A stretch of DNA of 64,000 nucleotides from Thalia democratica (taxonomy: Eukaryota): positions 26,412,001 to 26,476,000 of the forward strand of contig OZ241832.1 in NCBI GenBank assembly GCA_965202585.1, given 5' to 3'. Within the stretch, counting starts at the first letter, position 1; each line of letters opens with the position of its first letter. The notes under the pieces were generated by a model. That model was not told where the DNA came from and ran no database searches. It saw only the letters and a list, made by a program, of their open reading frames with translations. The position numbers and the translations under genes are program-made. Positions 24,594-35,992 of this stretch are shown here, in pieces.

Positions 24594-24725
24594 TAAATTT
24601 AAAATAAAAAGCACTTTGCTTAACATAAAAGCAAAAGTTATACAAAAATTACGTCATACTGTTTTTTGTTTTTTTGTATAACTTTTGCTTCTATGTTTAG
24701 CAAAGTGCTTTTTATTTTAAATTTA

Positions 24726-24773
24726 GCTGGCTGAAGATTAAGGCGTCTAGTCTTTTGAAACACGTGTACCAGT
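24726..24773 (+). ncRNA. Minimal type I hammerhead ribozyme motif
   Basis: Stem I GCTGG/CCAGT; core CTGAAGA (24731-24737); stem II AAGGC-GTCTA-GTCTT; GAAA (24757-24760); palindromic stem III ACACGTGT; GUA cleavage triplet, predicted cut after 24768. Confidence 0.85.
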
Positions 24774-26676
24774 ATTTTTGAATTCTTATCTAAAATTATT
24801 TAAAAGTCCTTCAAGTGTGGCTCAGTAGAAGATGTTTAACCCTAAGTTAGACTGTTTTTTGAAAAAAAACTATTAACTTAGTACTAACTTAATATTTTAA
24901 CAAAATTTCTGGATGAAATTAATTGATATAAAAATTCTTGACTTAATTAGCGAAATTTATTCTGATTGTTTTTAAAACATTAAGCTAGCCTGAGTGACTT
25001 GATAAGCTTAAGTGTTATACAAACTTGTTAGAAATTTAAAGTTATTATTTTTAGCTAGCTGAGACATATTCATCTTCTTTGAATATTTTAATTAGTTTTA
25101 TAGATTTAGCTATCAACTCCTAAAATGAAAAACTTTAGAATATACTTAAAACTTTTCAGCTACATAAAAGCAGTTTTTTGCAATCTGCTTTTAACAAAAC
25201 TTAAAACTACAACTATGTTTAAATGATTTTCATTATAGTATATACGGATTAGTGTACAGTTTAAAAATTAAATATTTACTCAAAACTTATCAAAAACTTT
25301 AATTCGGTTAAAAGATCTTAGTAAAACTGGCATTTAAAAAGTGTCATAAACTTCTCATTTAATTTAACCTTGTAATTAAATTTTAACAAATATTAATATA
25401 TTCTTTTAAATGAATTATAAGGGAGATAATTTTAGGTTCTTTATTTTAATCTCAAAATCTTATTTTAATTTAAATAAACAAAACTAAGTTCATCTTTGTT
25501 TAAAAATTTACAATATTATATCTATAAATAATTTCTTGATTTCACGAGTGTTTTTAAACGATGTAACAAAATTTTTGTAAGCTATATGATTTTTCAGTGA
25601 TTAGAAAAACTTAATTTTAATAATTTCTACAGTTTTAAACAATCTTGTATCCTTATACTTAACCTAGCTTACACTAACTTTTACTAAATGACCTTAATAG
25701 TTAAAAAGATATTTGTCTAACTGTATAGCTGAAGTGATGTCAGTTATAAAATCAGTTTAAAACTGATGTTAATATATTTAGCAAGAAGTATGAAGATTTC
25801 TATTTAAGCTCAATTAAATTTTGAAGATTTTGATCACCTTATTTTAATGATATCCAAAACTTACATAAAACTTAATAAGACAAACATGAAAAAATAAAAA
25901 TTATAATACTTAAGTATTTTGTTTTAGTTGTTAAAATAAAAACAATAGAACTCTGCTAACAAGTTAAGAATGTATATTTTTCATTAAACTATTTTCACAG
26001 AAACTTTTGTTTTGATTAATGAGAGCCAAAACACATACAGTAGCCTCTACAGTCTACTTACATCTTAATCACCTGATTTCTATCAGTAAATCGCCGTACA
26101 CCTACTCAAGCATAAACTTTCCTATCAAATTTAAATATGTAATTTTCAGAAAAAGTACTAAAACGAGCCAGACAGATAAAAACCTTAACAGTTTAGCCGA
26201 AATTTTGCTTATCTTATTTATAACTAAGCTTAAATTATTTGCCTCATATACTATTTAAGCTGCAAAGAATTTGAGAAAAATTTTACTTTAAAATTATATG
26301 ATTTGATTTGTCTTTACGACTATTTCGTATTTATATATTTAGGTAATTTGAAACTAACCTGAATATTAAACTAGTTCAAACTTTCCTTAGTTAGCCAGGG
26401 TAGTAGTATTTAGAAAATACTTATCTGCCGATTTTTTTAGCAATTAATGAAAAACTAAGTAAAAATGTTTAATGTAAGTAAACATTTAAATGCTTTATTT
26501 AAATAAAGGTTATACTTTTAACTATATACTTTTTTATTAATTAATATTATTTATAACTTAAACTATTTTAATTTGCTGAAGGTATTATACTGCATATTTA
26601 AGCTTAAGGCATTGTAATGTTTTTATTATAGTACATAACTTAGTGTTAAACAAGCTGGCATATTTCAAAATACGTA

Positions 26677-27454
26677 CAGTAACCTCTCACTTATTTACGC
26701 ACATTGTGTCCACAGAAAAAGTGCGTAAAGATACGAGAGATCGTAAAGATACGAGAGGTAGCAAATATACTTACTATAATGGCTGTTTTTTGATATTGCC
26801 TCTAGTTATAAGCAGACTGGGGACTTTTCAACTTTAACAACTTGTTTACTTTATTTAAAAATATGAAAACAAATGATAAAATTTTACATATAAAAAAAAA
26901 TATTTAAAATTATATAAAATAATGATACTAATAAAAAATTTTACTAACTTTAGTAATAGGTAGATTTTATCTTTATCTTTATTTATATTTGACTTATTTG
27001 ATACTTAACATTTATATTCTATTCTACTTAGCAAAAACAATTTTTAACTAGGCATTAGTTTACAATTAAGAAATGGTGTTTATTCATTTATAGGGCAATA
27101 GTGCTGTATTATTTATTTGTGTTTTAAACTCTCATTATTTCAATATTTAACCCAGTCAAATTACTTTTAGAACTTTAATTTAATCTCTTATTGTTAACAA
27201 AATTTCTGATATACTGAGGTATAACTAAATGTTTATCACTTACTCAAGGAACATAACTTAACAAAGTCTAATTACATAGAGAGGTGAATAAGCATTTAAA
27301 AACATATTTTAAATTAAAAATATACAATAAACGGTTTTTGTGCAAACATTAAAAAAATTAAAATTATAAATTTTGAATTTGTTAGAATTCTAAAATGCGT
27401 AACTAAACGAGAGTGCGTAACGTCACGAGTGCGTAAAGATGCGAGAGGTTACTG
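26677..27454. mobile_element. Tc1/mariner (pogo/Tigger-like) MITE, copy 1
   Basis: TIR CAGTAACCTCTC(A/G)C..TTTACGCAC at both ends, TA TSD (26675-26676 and 27455-27456). Alignable along its length to the copy at 44079-44845. Confidence 0.9.
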
Positions 27455-28290
27455 TACATACGTATTTTGAGTGTGCTAGTGTTAACGCCATTAATCTAAG
27501 TGTTGTGTTTGCATCGTCATTATTGTACGATGGCGACGGTTTTTATATTAACTTTTAAATTTAAGTAGTTTATTTGTACAGATCGTTATTGTGATTATCG
27601 CATTTTCTATTCATCGTAATACAGCTTTTTGCTTCTAAGACTCGATTTCTTTATATACAATTAGTTTAAGCATTCTAACATTCTAACTACTTAATTAGGA
27701 TAACTTTAAATTATAGTCTAAGTTAATTCGCGTTTCAATAACTCGACTTAGCTAAAGATTTTTGCTTAGTTAATTCTAAACATTTAAATACCCTCACCGA
27801 TATTGTTATAGCGCGTAAGTAAGATAATAGCCAGGTTTGTGTAAATAAGTAACAATTTAACAACGGTTGATCGGCAAAACTCAAAATTAAAGAAAATCAA
27901 TAAAAGTAAGGGGACTCGCCTGATTGCATAGTATTTTCGCGACCCCTATCAAGATTACCCCGCGTCGCTACTGGTATCTAGTACATTTAAAAGTTAGCTA
28001 GTTTAAGTAAAGCTACAGCTCTAGTTTTAAGTTATATCTTATTTCGCTTCTAAAACATTTCACTACTCATTTAATAAATCCAGGAACAAAATACTTTATG
28101 TCGTGCAATTCTTTGTGTTACTGTAAAAAACTATACAAGTAAAAAAAACAAACATTGTTTATTTTGGTAGATTGCTTTGTTTATTGTAGCAAAAATAAAT
28201 AATTGTTTAATTTCATAAGCATAATAAAATAGAACAGTTTACAAATAGCTCTTTCAAATTCTATTTTCTTTTTTCAAGTTTTTTTCTTTT

Positions 28291-29007
28291 TTATGTTGTA
28301 ACTAATTCAAATCCGGAATTCAAATTTGGAACGTCTTCATCTACAGTTTTACTCACACAATAAGGATATTCAATAAAATTGTTTTTTTCTTCTCTAATTC
28401 TTTCATCATTGACTTTAAGCTTTGGTTTTGAAACGCTTAGTAACATTGCAGTATAAAACTGCCTTTTGTCATCAAAGTTACTTTCAACGAGTAGGTACAA
28501 AGGTATAGCAGGAAATTCTTTTTTAACCTTCAAAGCGTATTCAATGCAATAAATACCGCAGTTGACACAATCTCTCTGAATATTGTGCTGAATGCAATCA
28601 ATTTCCCATTCATTGCTCATAAAGTTCCATTTCGATGTTTCACTCGCATTGATTTTGTTATGGTGCACTCGTTTAAAAGCTTTCAAAATTTTTATTGCAG
28701 TTTTTATCTGCTTATCACTTTGCCTTGGATCCACAACATAAAGTGTCTTGTTTTTGAAATTGATAAAAACGAATATCCAGTGATTGTTGTTTATGTTCTT
28801 GACAGCAACATACGCGTCTTTGTCATTTTTGAATGGAGTCACAGTTGTTTCACTGAAATGAGGGTTTTCAGTTGCGTTAAAAACACTTGTTTCAATGAAC
28901 CCTATTTTTTCATGATCTTTGAAGTTGTCGTTTAGAACTGCGTCTAAAACTGGATCTTCTATGTAGCTTTGTTCGTTTGCTATTGACCAAAGATCACTGC
29001 AACTCAT
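28291..29007 (-). CDS. Ulp1/C48 (SUMO/Nedd8-type) cysteine protease domain ORF, probably transposon-associated
   Basis: SDLWSIANEQSYIEDPVLD (domain start), NNNHWIFVFI (His), YVVDP (Asp) and QRDCVNCGIY (Gln, Cys) occur in the correct order. Confidence 0.8.
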   Translation of the reverse strand: MSCSDLWSIANEQSYIEDPVLDAVLNDNFKDHEKIGFIETSVFNATENPHFSETTVTPFKNDKDAYVAVKNINNNHWIFVFINFKNKTLYVVDPRQSDKQIKTAIKILKAFKRVHHNKINASETSKWNFMSNEWEIDCIQHNIQRDCVNCGIYCIEYALKVKKEFPAIPLYLLVESNFDDKRQFYTAMLLSVSKPKLKVNDERIREEKNNFIEYPYCVSKTVDEDVPNLNSGFELVTT

Positions 29008-29858
29008 TTGAATCGAAGCAAATTGGTCTTTTTAACAAAACTTTGCATAACATTTTGGTTCCAAGTATGTTGTTTCATTGAGTAGTTTAAATATTTCAAC
29101 CATATTGATTTTTTGATTTCTTTAAGATACTTGTTTCTTCTTAGTTTTGCAAATAACTGAGTATAGTTTTTATCGATACGTCTATTCTTAACTTTGGGTG
29201 GTGTTATTGCTTTAGTATTTTTTCGTAATATCTGTAAATATAAACTGATTGATAAATAAAAGTTAATTCTACTCCTATTTCTATTGTATATAAGACAGTG
29301 TTAAGCGTTATTAAATGCTGAGCATAATAGTATAAATTTTAAGTCTGTTTTTAATATTTTAACCAAAGTCATAGACTATATAGATTTGATATACTGTAAA
29401 GAATTAGTAAAACAAATAGATTTATGATGTTTAGAGTAATCTTTTACACTTTAATGCATCATGTAAGTGCTTACCGATGAATAGGTAGGTTTCTTTTCAT
29501 TACTGTTTTGATGACTTTTGTCAGGAACAGTCTCTGTTTCATTCTGCGTTTGTAAACAGGTAAGTTCATTTGATAGCGTGTCACATTTATTTTCAGTTGA
29601 AGCAATCTTGCTTAAACTTTTGAAATCTGTTTTTGTATTTCTATCTAGCTTCTCTACTTTTACAAAGTAACCTTCAAGATTCATTAATTTGGACTCCAGC
29701 ATTAATTTTGCTTTTTTAACAGTTGGTAATACCACATAATTAGCCTTTTGAGTTATGTAAACTTTCTCGATTTTAGGCCACATGCTTATTAGAAGTGCTT
29801 TTAACAAACATTCATCAATGTTATTCTTTCCAATGGTTAGTCTCAAAACGTTTTCCAT
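29004..29858 (-). CDS. Two-exon ORF (29858-29475 joined to 29231-29004; 203 aa) with an N-terminal RRM-like segment
   Basis: ATG at 29858. GTAAGC donor at 29474 and TTTACAG acceptor at 29232 join in phase 0 and stay open to TGA at 29006-29004. The alternating strand/helix pattern in the first ~70 aa suggests an RRM (inference). Confidence 0.5.
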
Positions 29859-30279
29859 ATTTTATGCTTTAATTAAGTATCTGAAGTATTTAACTAGTTA
29901 CTATACAAATAAAAACTAAACACAATAAGATATACATAAAAATTTAACTAAATAGCAGTTAAAACGTAGGATATTAGTCGTTTGACAACAACTTTAGAAT
30001 AAAAAAAGAAAATGCACAACAGCTCAAATATTATACTATGTGTAACTTGACTTTAAATAAATAAAATTCTACCCTAAACAGTTATTTGATACTATGTTAT
30101 TATTGCTAGCTCATCTACAAGCAAGTGATATCACCAAGTGCCTACAGCAAATATTAATGGTTATTTCACTTAAAATTCGATTTATTCTATTTAATCAACG
30201 TTATCTATTTTTGAAGCGAAAATTGATACCCTGAGGTTTTGAATGTTAGATTTGGGTAAAAATTACTCAACTTTCTAGG

Positions 30280-30554
30280 ACGAACACCAGTTTTAGTTTT
30301 GCAACTGCTGATGGTTGAACGTTTGTTGTAGTGAGCCAAACGTGTAGCTTCGGTGGCAATGCGCAGGAAGATATCGTTAACAAAAGAGTTCAAGATGTAC
30401 ATGGCCTTGCTTGTATTCAAGTGTCAGGGTGTCTTTGCTTAAGTACTTTATACACGTAGGTACTAAAGCTTTTATTCCGATGAGATATGCACTTCTTTTT
30501 ACCGTAAGCTGGGACGTCTTTAACTACTTTCTTGCTACCTCTGGAAGCTGCCAT
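30280..30554 (-). pseudogene. H2B: Histone H2B pseudogene (in-frame stop, frameshift, 3' truncated)
   Basis: MAASRGSKK...[18 protein letters not shown], then in a shifted frame [36 protein letters not shown]...GVR. Lacks LLLPGELAKHAV and the histone 3' stem-loop. Confidence 0.9.
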
Positions 30555-30559
30555 TGTCA

Positions 30560-30660
30560 ATGAACAAATAATGCAAGATGTGTCTCATTATATTATATAA
30601 TTACGAACCTCGGCTATAGTTACGAACCTCGGCTAAAAAAAAAGCGGCTACTAGCGGAAA
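30560..30660 (-). promoter_or_regulatory. Putative H2B promoter: TATA-like box plus a tandemly duplicated AGCCGAGGTTCGTAA motif
   Basis: The same GAGGTTCGTAACTATAG + TATA + GAGACAC arrangement lies upstream of the second H2B copy (~31250-31310). Confidence 0.5.
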
Positions 30661-31076
30661 AGTATGTTTACTCGTTAAAAACTGGCTTAAAATTACTTTA
30701 GTTATAATAAAAAGAATTTTTTTTTAATTTTTCTATATTTATTGTACTATATTTAACTACAAAACGGCAAAAGTTTTAAGAAATAAAAAGAAAATAAAGT
30801 AAAGCTAATGACGGAAATGAACCTTTTATATCTCTACAACAGTTTTTAGTACCTAAACTCGATATAGGTGAATAACTATTATAAAAAAAATTTAAAAAAA
30901 TTAACATACTGAATAAAGAAAATCTTTGCTAAATAAACACAATTCTGCTTTACATTAATATTTTCTTAACAAACTAAAACTACAAACATTATAATTGGAA
31001 ATAATCAATTTTTTTTAAACAATTGGAGAGTGCTACCCTAAATATATAACCTTCAGCTTCTACGTCTAAACATTCT

Positions 31077-31244
31077 ATGATGCTCAAGGCGTTGTTGAAA
31101 ATTCAAGTATCAGAGTGTACTTGCTTGAGCACTTTGTACACGTAGATGCTGAAGCTTCCCTTACAATGAAACCTGCACTTATTTTATAGCTACCGTAGCT
31201 GGGACGTCCTTGACTACTTTCTAGCTACCTTTGGATTCTGCTAA
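31077..31244 (-). pseudogene. H2B: Second histone H2B pseudogene fragment (5' half; start codon lost)
   Basis: ESKGS*KVVKDVPA...SFSIYVYKVLKQVHSDT*IFNNALSII. Alignable to copy 1, including the upstream sequence. Confidence 0.85.
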
Positions 31245-31449
31245 TATTTATGAATAAGATTTTGAAGAGGTGTCTCTTTATATGCTATAGTTACGAACCT
31301 CGTCTAGAAGAAAATAAGAGTGCCCACTAAGAATGAAATGTTCTCTCATCTTCTTTTGTCTCTCGTTTTAATTCCGAACTAGAAAAGAACCGACTCAAAC
31401 TATCTTAAAATAAAAACAGCATAAGTTTTTGTTTTCCTCATTAAATTAA

Positions 31450-31750
31450 AAAAAAAATATTATTGTATATATATATAGCATCGAATTCAACCTATAATAA
31501 GGCAAAAAATTTAACAAGTATTAGACTACTAAAATAAAGCTAATGATTAAAATGAAGGGTTTAAAGCATATAAATACTTCAAGCTAAACTATTTATACTT
31601 AACTTACAACCTTTTTATAGGGTAGAATACCTTTTACTAAACTATTTTAATAGCACCTTTTTCAATAAAAGTTTTCGGTATTGATGTATTTTAATTTCAT
31701 GGTTTAACAGTTTAAAAAATTGGTAGATTTAAAAATCAGAATATGTCTTA
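31450..31750 (-). pseudogene. Faint BACK-domain (kelch family) remnant
   Basis: TENF and LEVF fragments, plus short nucleotide matches to 54990-55260 (gcatataaatacttcaag vs gcataaaacacttcaag). Confidence 0.35.
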
Positions 31751-32800
31751 ATTCAATACATGCAAAATTTTTATACAATAAATTTTACTTTATATACGAA
31801 ACGTATAAAACTGTAGTAAAAAGGACAAATTGAAGTTTTTTTTTATTGTACTGTATTCTTATTTTATGGCACGCCTTCTGCGGTATATTCTATTTGGTTA
31901 CTTTAGATATTACAACAATTCAAGTTCTTTATAAAAGATTTGAAAAACCAAGCTATAATAAGTAATATACACATGAAAATAATAAAAATATCTATGTGTA
32001 GGTCTTGTTAATATCTACTAATCATTTTTTGTAAAATATTAAAAGATATTGAGATAATTTTATTTTTTAAATAATTACTATATGAAAAAATTATTTTGAC
32101 AATGTTAAAAAAAAAATAGCTAAAAATTTTCAAAAAAAAAAGGCTTTTAGTTATTAATAAAACATACATACATGTTTTTTCTTTTCTTTATATATTTTAT
32201 ACTGTTTGAGTTCTGGCCTTTTTTATTATTTTTTTAAAAACTTGAATTGTCGAAATTGGAATTTTCTAAATTTGTTTAGTCGTGCACCATTTTTTTTTCT
32301 AATGGTTACACAGACTTATGCAAAACAGCATTGCATAACAAACAAAATTTATAAACTAATAGTTTTATTTTTTTTTTAGTTTATTGTTTTAAGTCTTCTG
32401 ATCTAGATTTAAATAGCTAACAGTTTTTAAAGTATTACCAAAGTAGTTAATAATTTTGTTTATGCTAGTTTTTCTTGTTGTGTTTTATATAAAAGATTCA
32501 TTACTCAAAACTAACGTGTCTGATTATAGAAAGTAGTCTCAGTTAAAATTTAGTATTTGTTAGATATTAATTAAATAAGGTAGGATTTAATTATGATGGG
32601 TAGTACTAATAAGTTAAGTGTACCACAATCAGTCCACAACTTCATTACGAAATTGTCAATCTTTGCTAGCTGTTCTACTGATAAAATATGGAAGTGGTTG
32701 TTTTTGAACCTCCCTATACCCTTAAAAAATATCTTGTGGCAAATCAGAAATCTGTTGTTCAAACAATGTTTTAATTTGAAAACAAATTATAAAAACAATC

Positions 32801-33749
32801 ACGAGCATAAAGTTATTGTTATAGGAAAATTTATTAATTTTTCAAAAAACATAAAACTTTAATGTCAATTATTTTCCTTATCTTAAAAGCTATCTAAAAA
32901 TTTTTTTTTTATTATAGAGAACGCACCTTTGCCTTTAATTTAAAAAAAAAATTATTTAATTTGGGGTTGGAATTATTTCATGGGGTCCCTCCAAAAATAA
33001 AGGTTTTTTTTCGTTTTTTATTATCAAATGGTATTAGAACCAAAAATAAATATTTTTTTTAAGTTTTTTTTTTGATTTCCCTTAGTTTGCATGTTATTAA
33101 AACTCGTAAATAGTTATTTTATAAATAATGTTAATATCTTTTACGATTTGGCCCAAAATCAAAATGTAGTATATTACACTATCATTTGCCTTGGCCATTT
33201 CCTAGATAAAAAATTGATAAAAGGAAAAAAAAAGTTAATAAGAATGTGAATATACAACAAATTTAATTAAATTATTTTATTTTAATTTAGTTTGATGTAA
33301 TTCACATTCTTATTAACTTTTTTTTTCCTTTTATCAATTTTTTATCTAGAAAATGGCCAAGGCAAATGATAGTGTATTATACTACATTTTGATTTTGGGC
33401 CAAATCGTAAAAGATATTAACATTATTTATAAAATAACTATTTACGGGTTTTAATAACATGCAAACTAAGGGAAATCAAAAAAAAAATTAAAAAAAAATA
33501 TTTATTTTTGGTTCTAATACCATTTGATGAAAAAAAACGAAAAAAACCTTCATTTTTGGAGGGACCCCATGAAATAATTCCAACCCCAAATTAAATAATT
33601 TTTTTTTTAATTAAAGGCAAAGGTGCGTTCTCTATAATAAAAAAAAATTTTTTTAGATAGCTTTTAAGATAAGGAAAATAATTGACATTAAAGTTTTATG
33701 TTTTTTGAAAAATTAATAAATTTACCTATAACAATAACTTTATGCTCGT
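32801..33749. mobile_element. Foldback / Mutator-like non-autonomous element (949 bp, ~440-bp TIRs)
   Basis: Near-perfect long inverted repeats with a ~50-nt centre. Exact 9-bp TSD AAAACAATC at 32792-32800 and 33750-33758. Confidence 0.92.
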
Positions 33750-35992
33750 AAAACAATCAGATGCCTGACTTGCCCTGTGATATTGATTTTATACATTTAA
33801 CCTAAATAAACTCTTAAATAAACTAATAATCATTAATAAGTTTGGTGAAATTTTGTAAAAAAGTTACACAATAGGACAATTACCTTGCAACATGAATGAA
33901 AAAATAAAAACAGAAAAAATTTAACATTTATTTAAAATAAAGTAAACTAAATTTTAAATTAGTATTTTAGAATTTTATTTCTTGTTTGATACTTTTTTTT
34001 AAACTTATTGTTGTTAAGACAAAGTTTTTATTACAGATATTAGCTTGGCTGAAAAAACTTTATTATACTGGATTTTCTTAACCTCAAGTTACTCTAGATA
34101 ACTCAAGATATTTTTAAGTTTATGAAAATTTCATGACAGTTTAGGATAACTCTAAGGTATTTTTTTTTACTCAGAACACATTCTTCTTCTATCAAATAAT
34201 CAGGATATTTCAATTATAAAATTAATTTTCAATTTCAATTAATAGTTTTTTAATAATCTCAGGCTGTTTTTTTTTCTAAATTTTAAATGAGATTTATTTG
34301 GTTAAAATTTAATATTTTGTTATTTTGTAACCAATTTGGTTAAATAACTTGGTTTTTATTAGTTTTAAAAGTTCAAAATACTTTTTACAAGATTTCAAAT
34401 TACTCAGTATTATTCAGGACATTTTAAGGCCACTCAGGACACTTTTTTGAAAAGGTGGGTACCTTGTCTAATTAGAAATATGCTAACCCTCAAAGCTTAT
34501 TTTAAAACATCTAAATTTTCAAGTGTAGTTTTAGTTTGGCTTATGTAAAAGTTTTAGTTTAAGTTTTACTTAAAAGGATACGAATAACTATAAATAAATA
34601 AAAAAACAAATAAATAAATTTCAAAGGTCAAGTTTTAAAACAGAGAATGTTTATTGAAAAAAATTAATGTTCTATTTTTTTTTTAATTATTGTCTGTTTA
34701 TTAACATTATTATCATAATTAATTTGTCCTTGTTTAAAAAAAGATTTTAGCAGGAAAGAAAAACAACTTACTGAGACTGACTATAAAAAACGGCTACTTT
34801 TTATGTTAAAGAAAGTTCAAGAAAAATTTTATGGAATAAATATTGACCAGAGGGTAGAGATTTTGTTAAAAGTTATTTAATTTAAAATTTGCATGATAAT
34901 ATAAAATTGTGTTCTGTGCATTTTTTTTAAATTAGTTTTTTAAAGTTTTGTTTCTACTCTTAAATTTCTACTTTTTATACTCTCATTATTTTCCATCTAT
35001 TTTATTAAGAAGTTTTAAGGTGGTTTACAAAACTTATACAACTATTAAACAAGTATTTCTTTTATCTTTTAGTAGCTTAACAGTTTGACAATGAGTTTGT
35101 AAGTTTATTTTGTATTACTACTGTAAAATTAGTACACTTTGTGTTGTCTTAAAAAGAGTTTATTTTCAAGATTAATTTTAAAACTAAGTAGTTAAGTCAA
35201 TTTTTCTTAAGTTAAAAATGATGTAAGTATCATTTTATTTTAAAATATCCCATTTGATACCTGCGAAACTCAAAGTCATTAACACTGTTAGCTAATCCTT
35301 AATACTGCGGCTTCTGAAGCAGCTCTCCATTATTTGCAAGTTCTCAAATAAGGCCCTGCTACACTTAATGCTTCCTAATTATTTTACAGAATTTATGTTT
35401 TGAACATTTTAGCTGCTATTTATTTAAGATTGTTAAAAAGAGTTTCAGATAAGAAGTTTATAAAAAAGCTTCTTGAAATTGTTTTTTTTCACAGAACTTT
35501 GCAAATAGTTTGTTTCAAATTGATTTTTCTTTTTGTTTGACAAACATTGTTGTTTAAAGTATGAAGATTTTTTGTGTTTCATTTTTTTATAACACTCAGA
35601 AGATTTTTTTTTTGTTATAATTGTTTCTTATTAAATCTTTAAGTTTTAAAGTGATTTATAAGTATATAGATACTTCAACATTTTTTTTTTGTATTTGCAT
35701 ATACTTCTATGTTTAAGAATTGATTAATTAACTTTTTTTTTAGAAAAAAAAATATATCTTTATAATTTAGTGAAAAGTCTAAAATTATAAGCTATTAGTC
35801 TTGAACAACTTAGTTGTGAATTTGGCAACAAGTCTTTATCAGTATAATTACTAATGTTGGTTTCAAACTTATATTTAAAATGGTGAACTGTATTAAGTTT
35901 TAAATATAAAGAAAAGTATACTATAATTATTAAATGATTATAAGTTTTTCAGAAATGTTTTTTTTTTTGATAATTAACATTTTTTTTATATA

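Larger units (their letters stand above)
24474..24839. repeat. ~366-bp palindrome (arms ~24474-24648 and ~24671-24839), probable head-to-head Penelope pLTR remnant
   Basis: The arms are near-perfect reverse complements around a 22-nt spacer, and each contains a hammerhead motif. Confidence 0.9.

Noticed and set aside
27960-27973. hAT-like end CGCGTCGCTACTG, with a similar opposite end at ~59492
   Set aside because: Solo ends in the wrong order, 31 kb apart, with no matching TSD. They do not bound the Ulp1/H2B cassette.
27975-28030. Helitron 3' end (hairpin plus CTAG) as the boundary of the Ulp1/H2B cassette
   Set aside because: CTAG sites are present, but only a weak 5-bp AT-rich stem. Insufficient.
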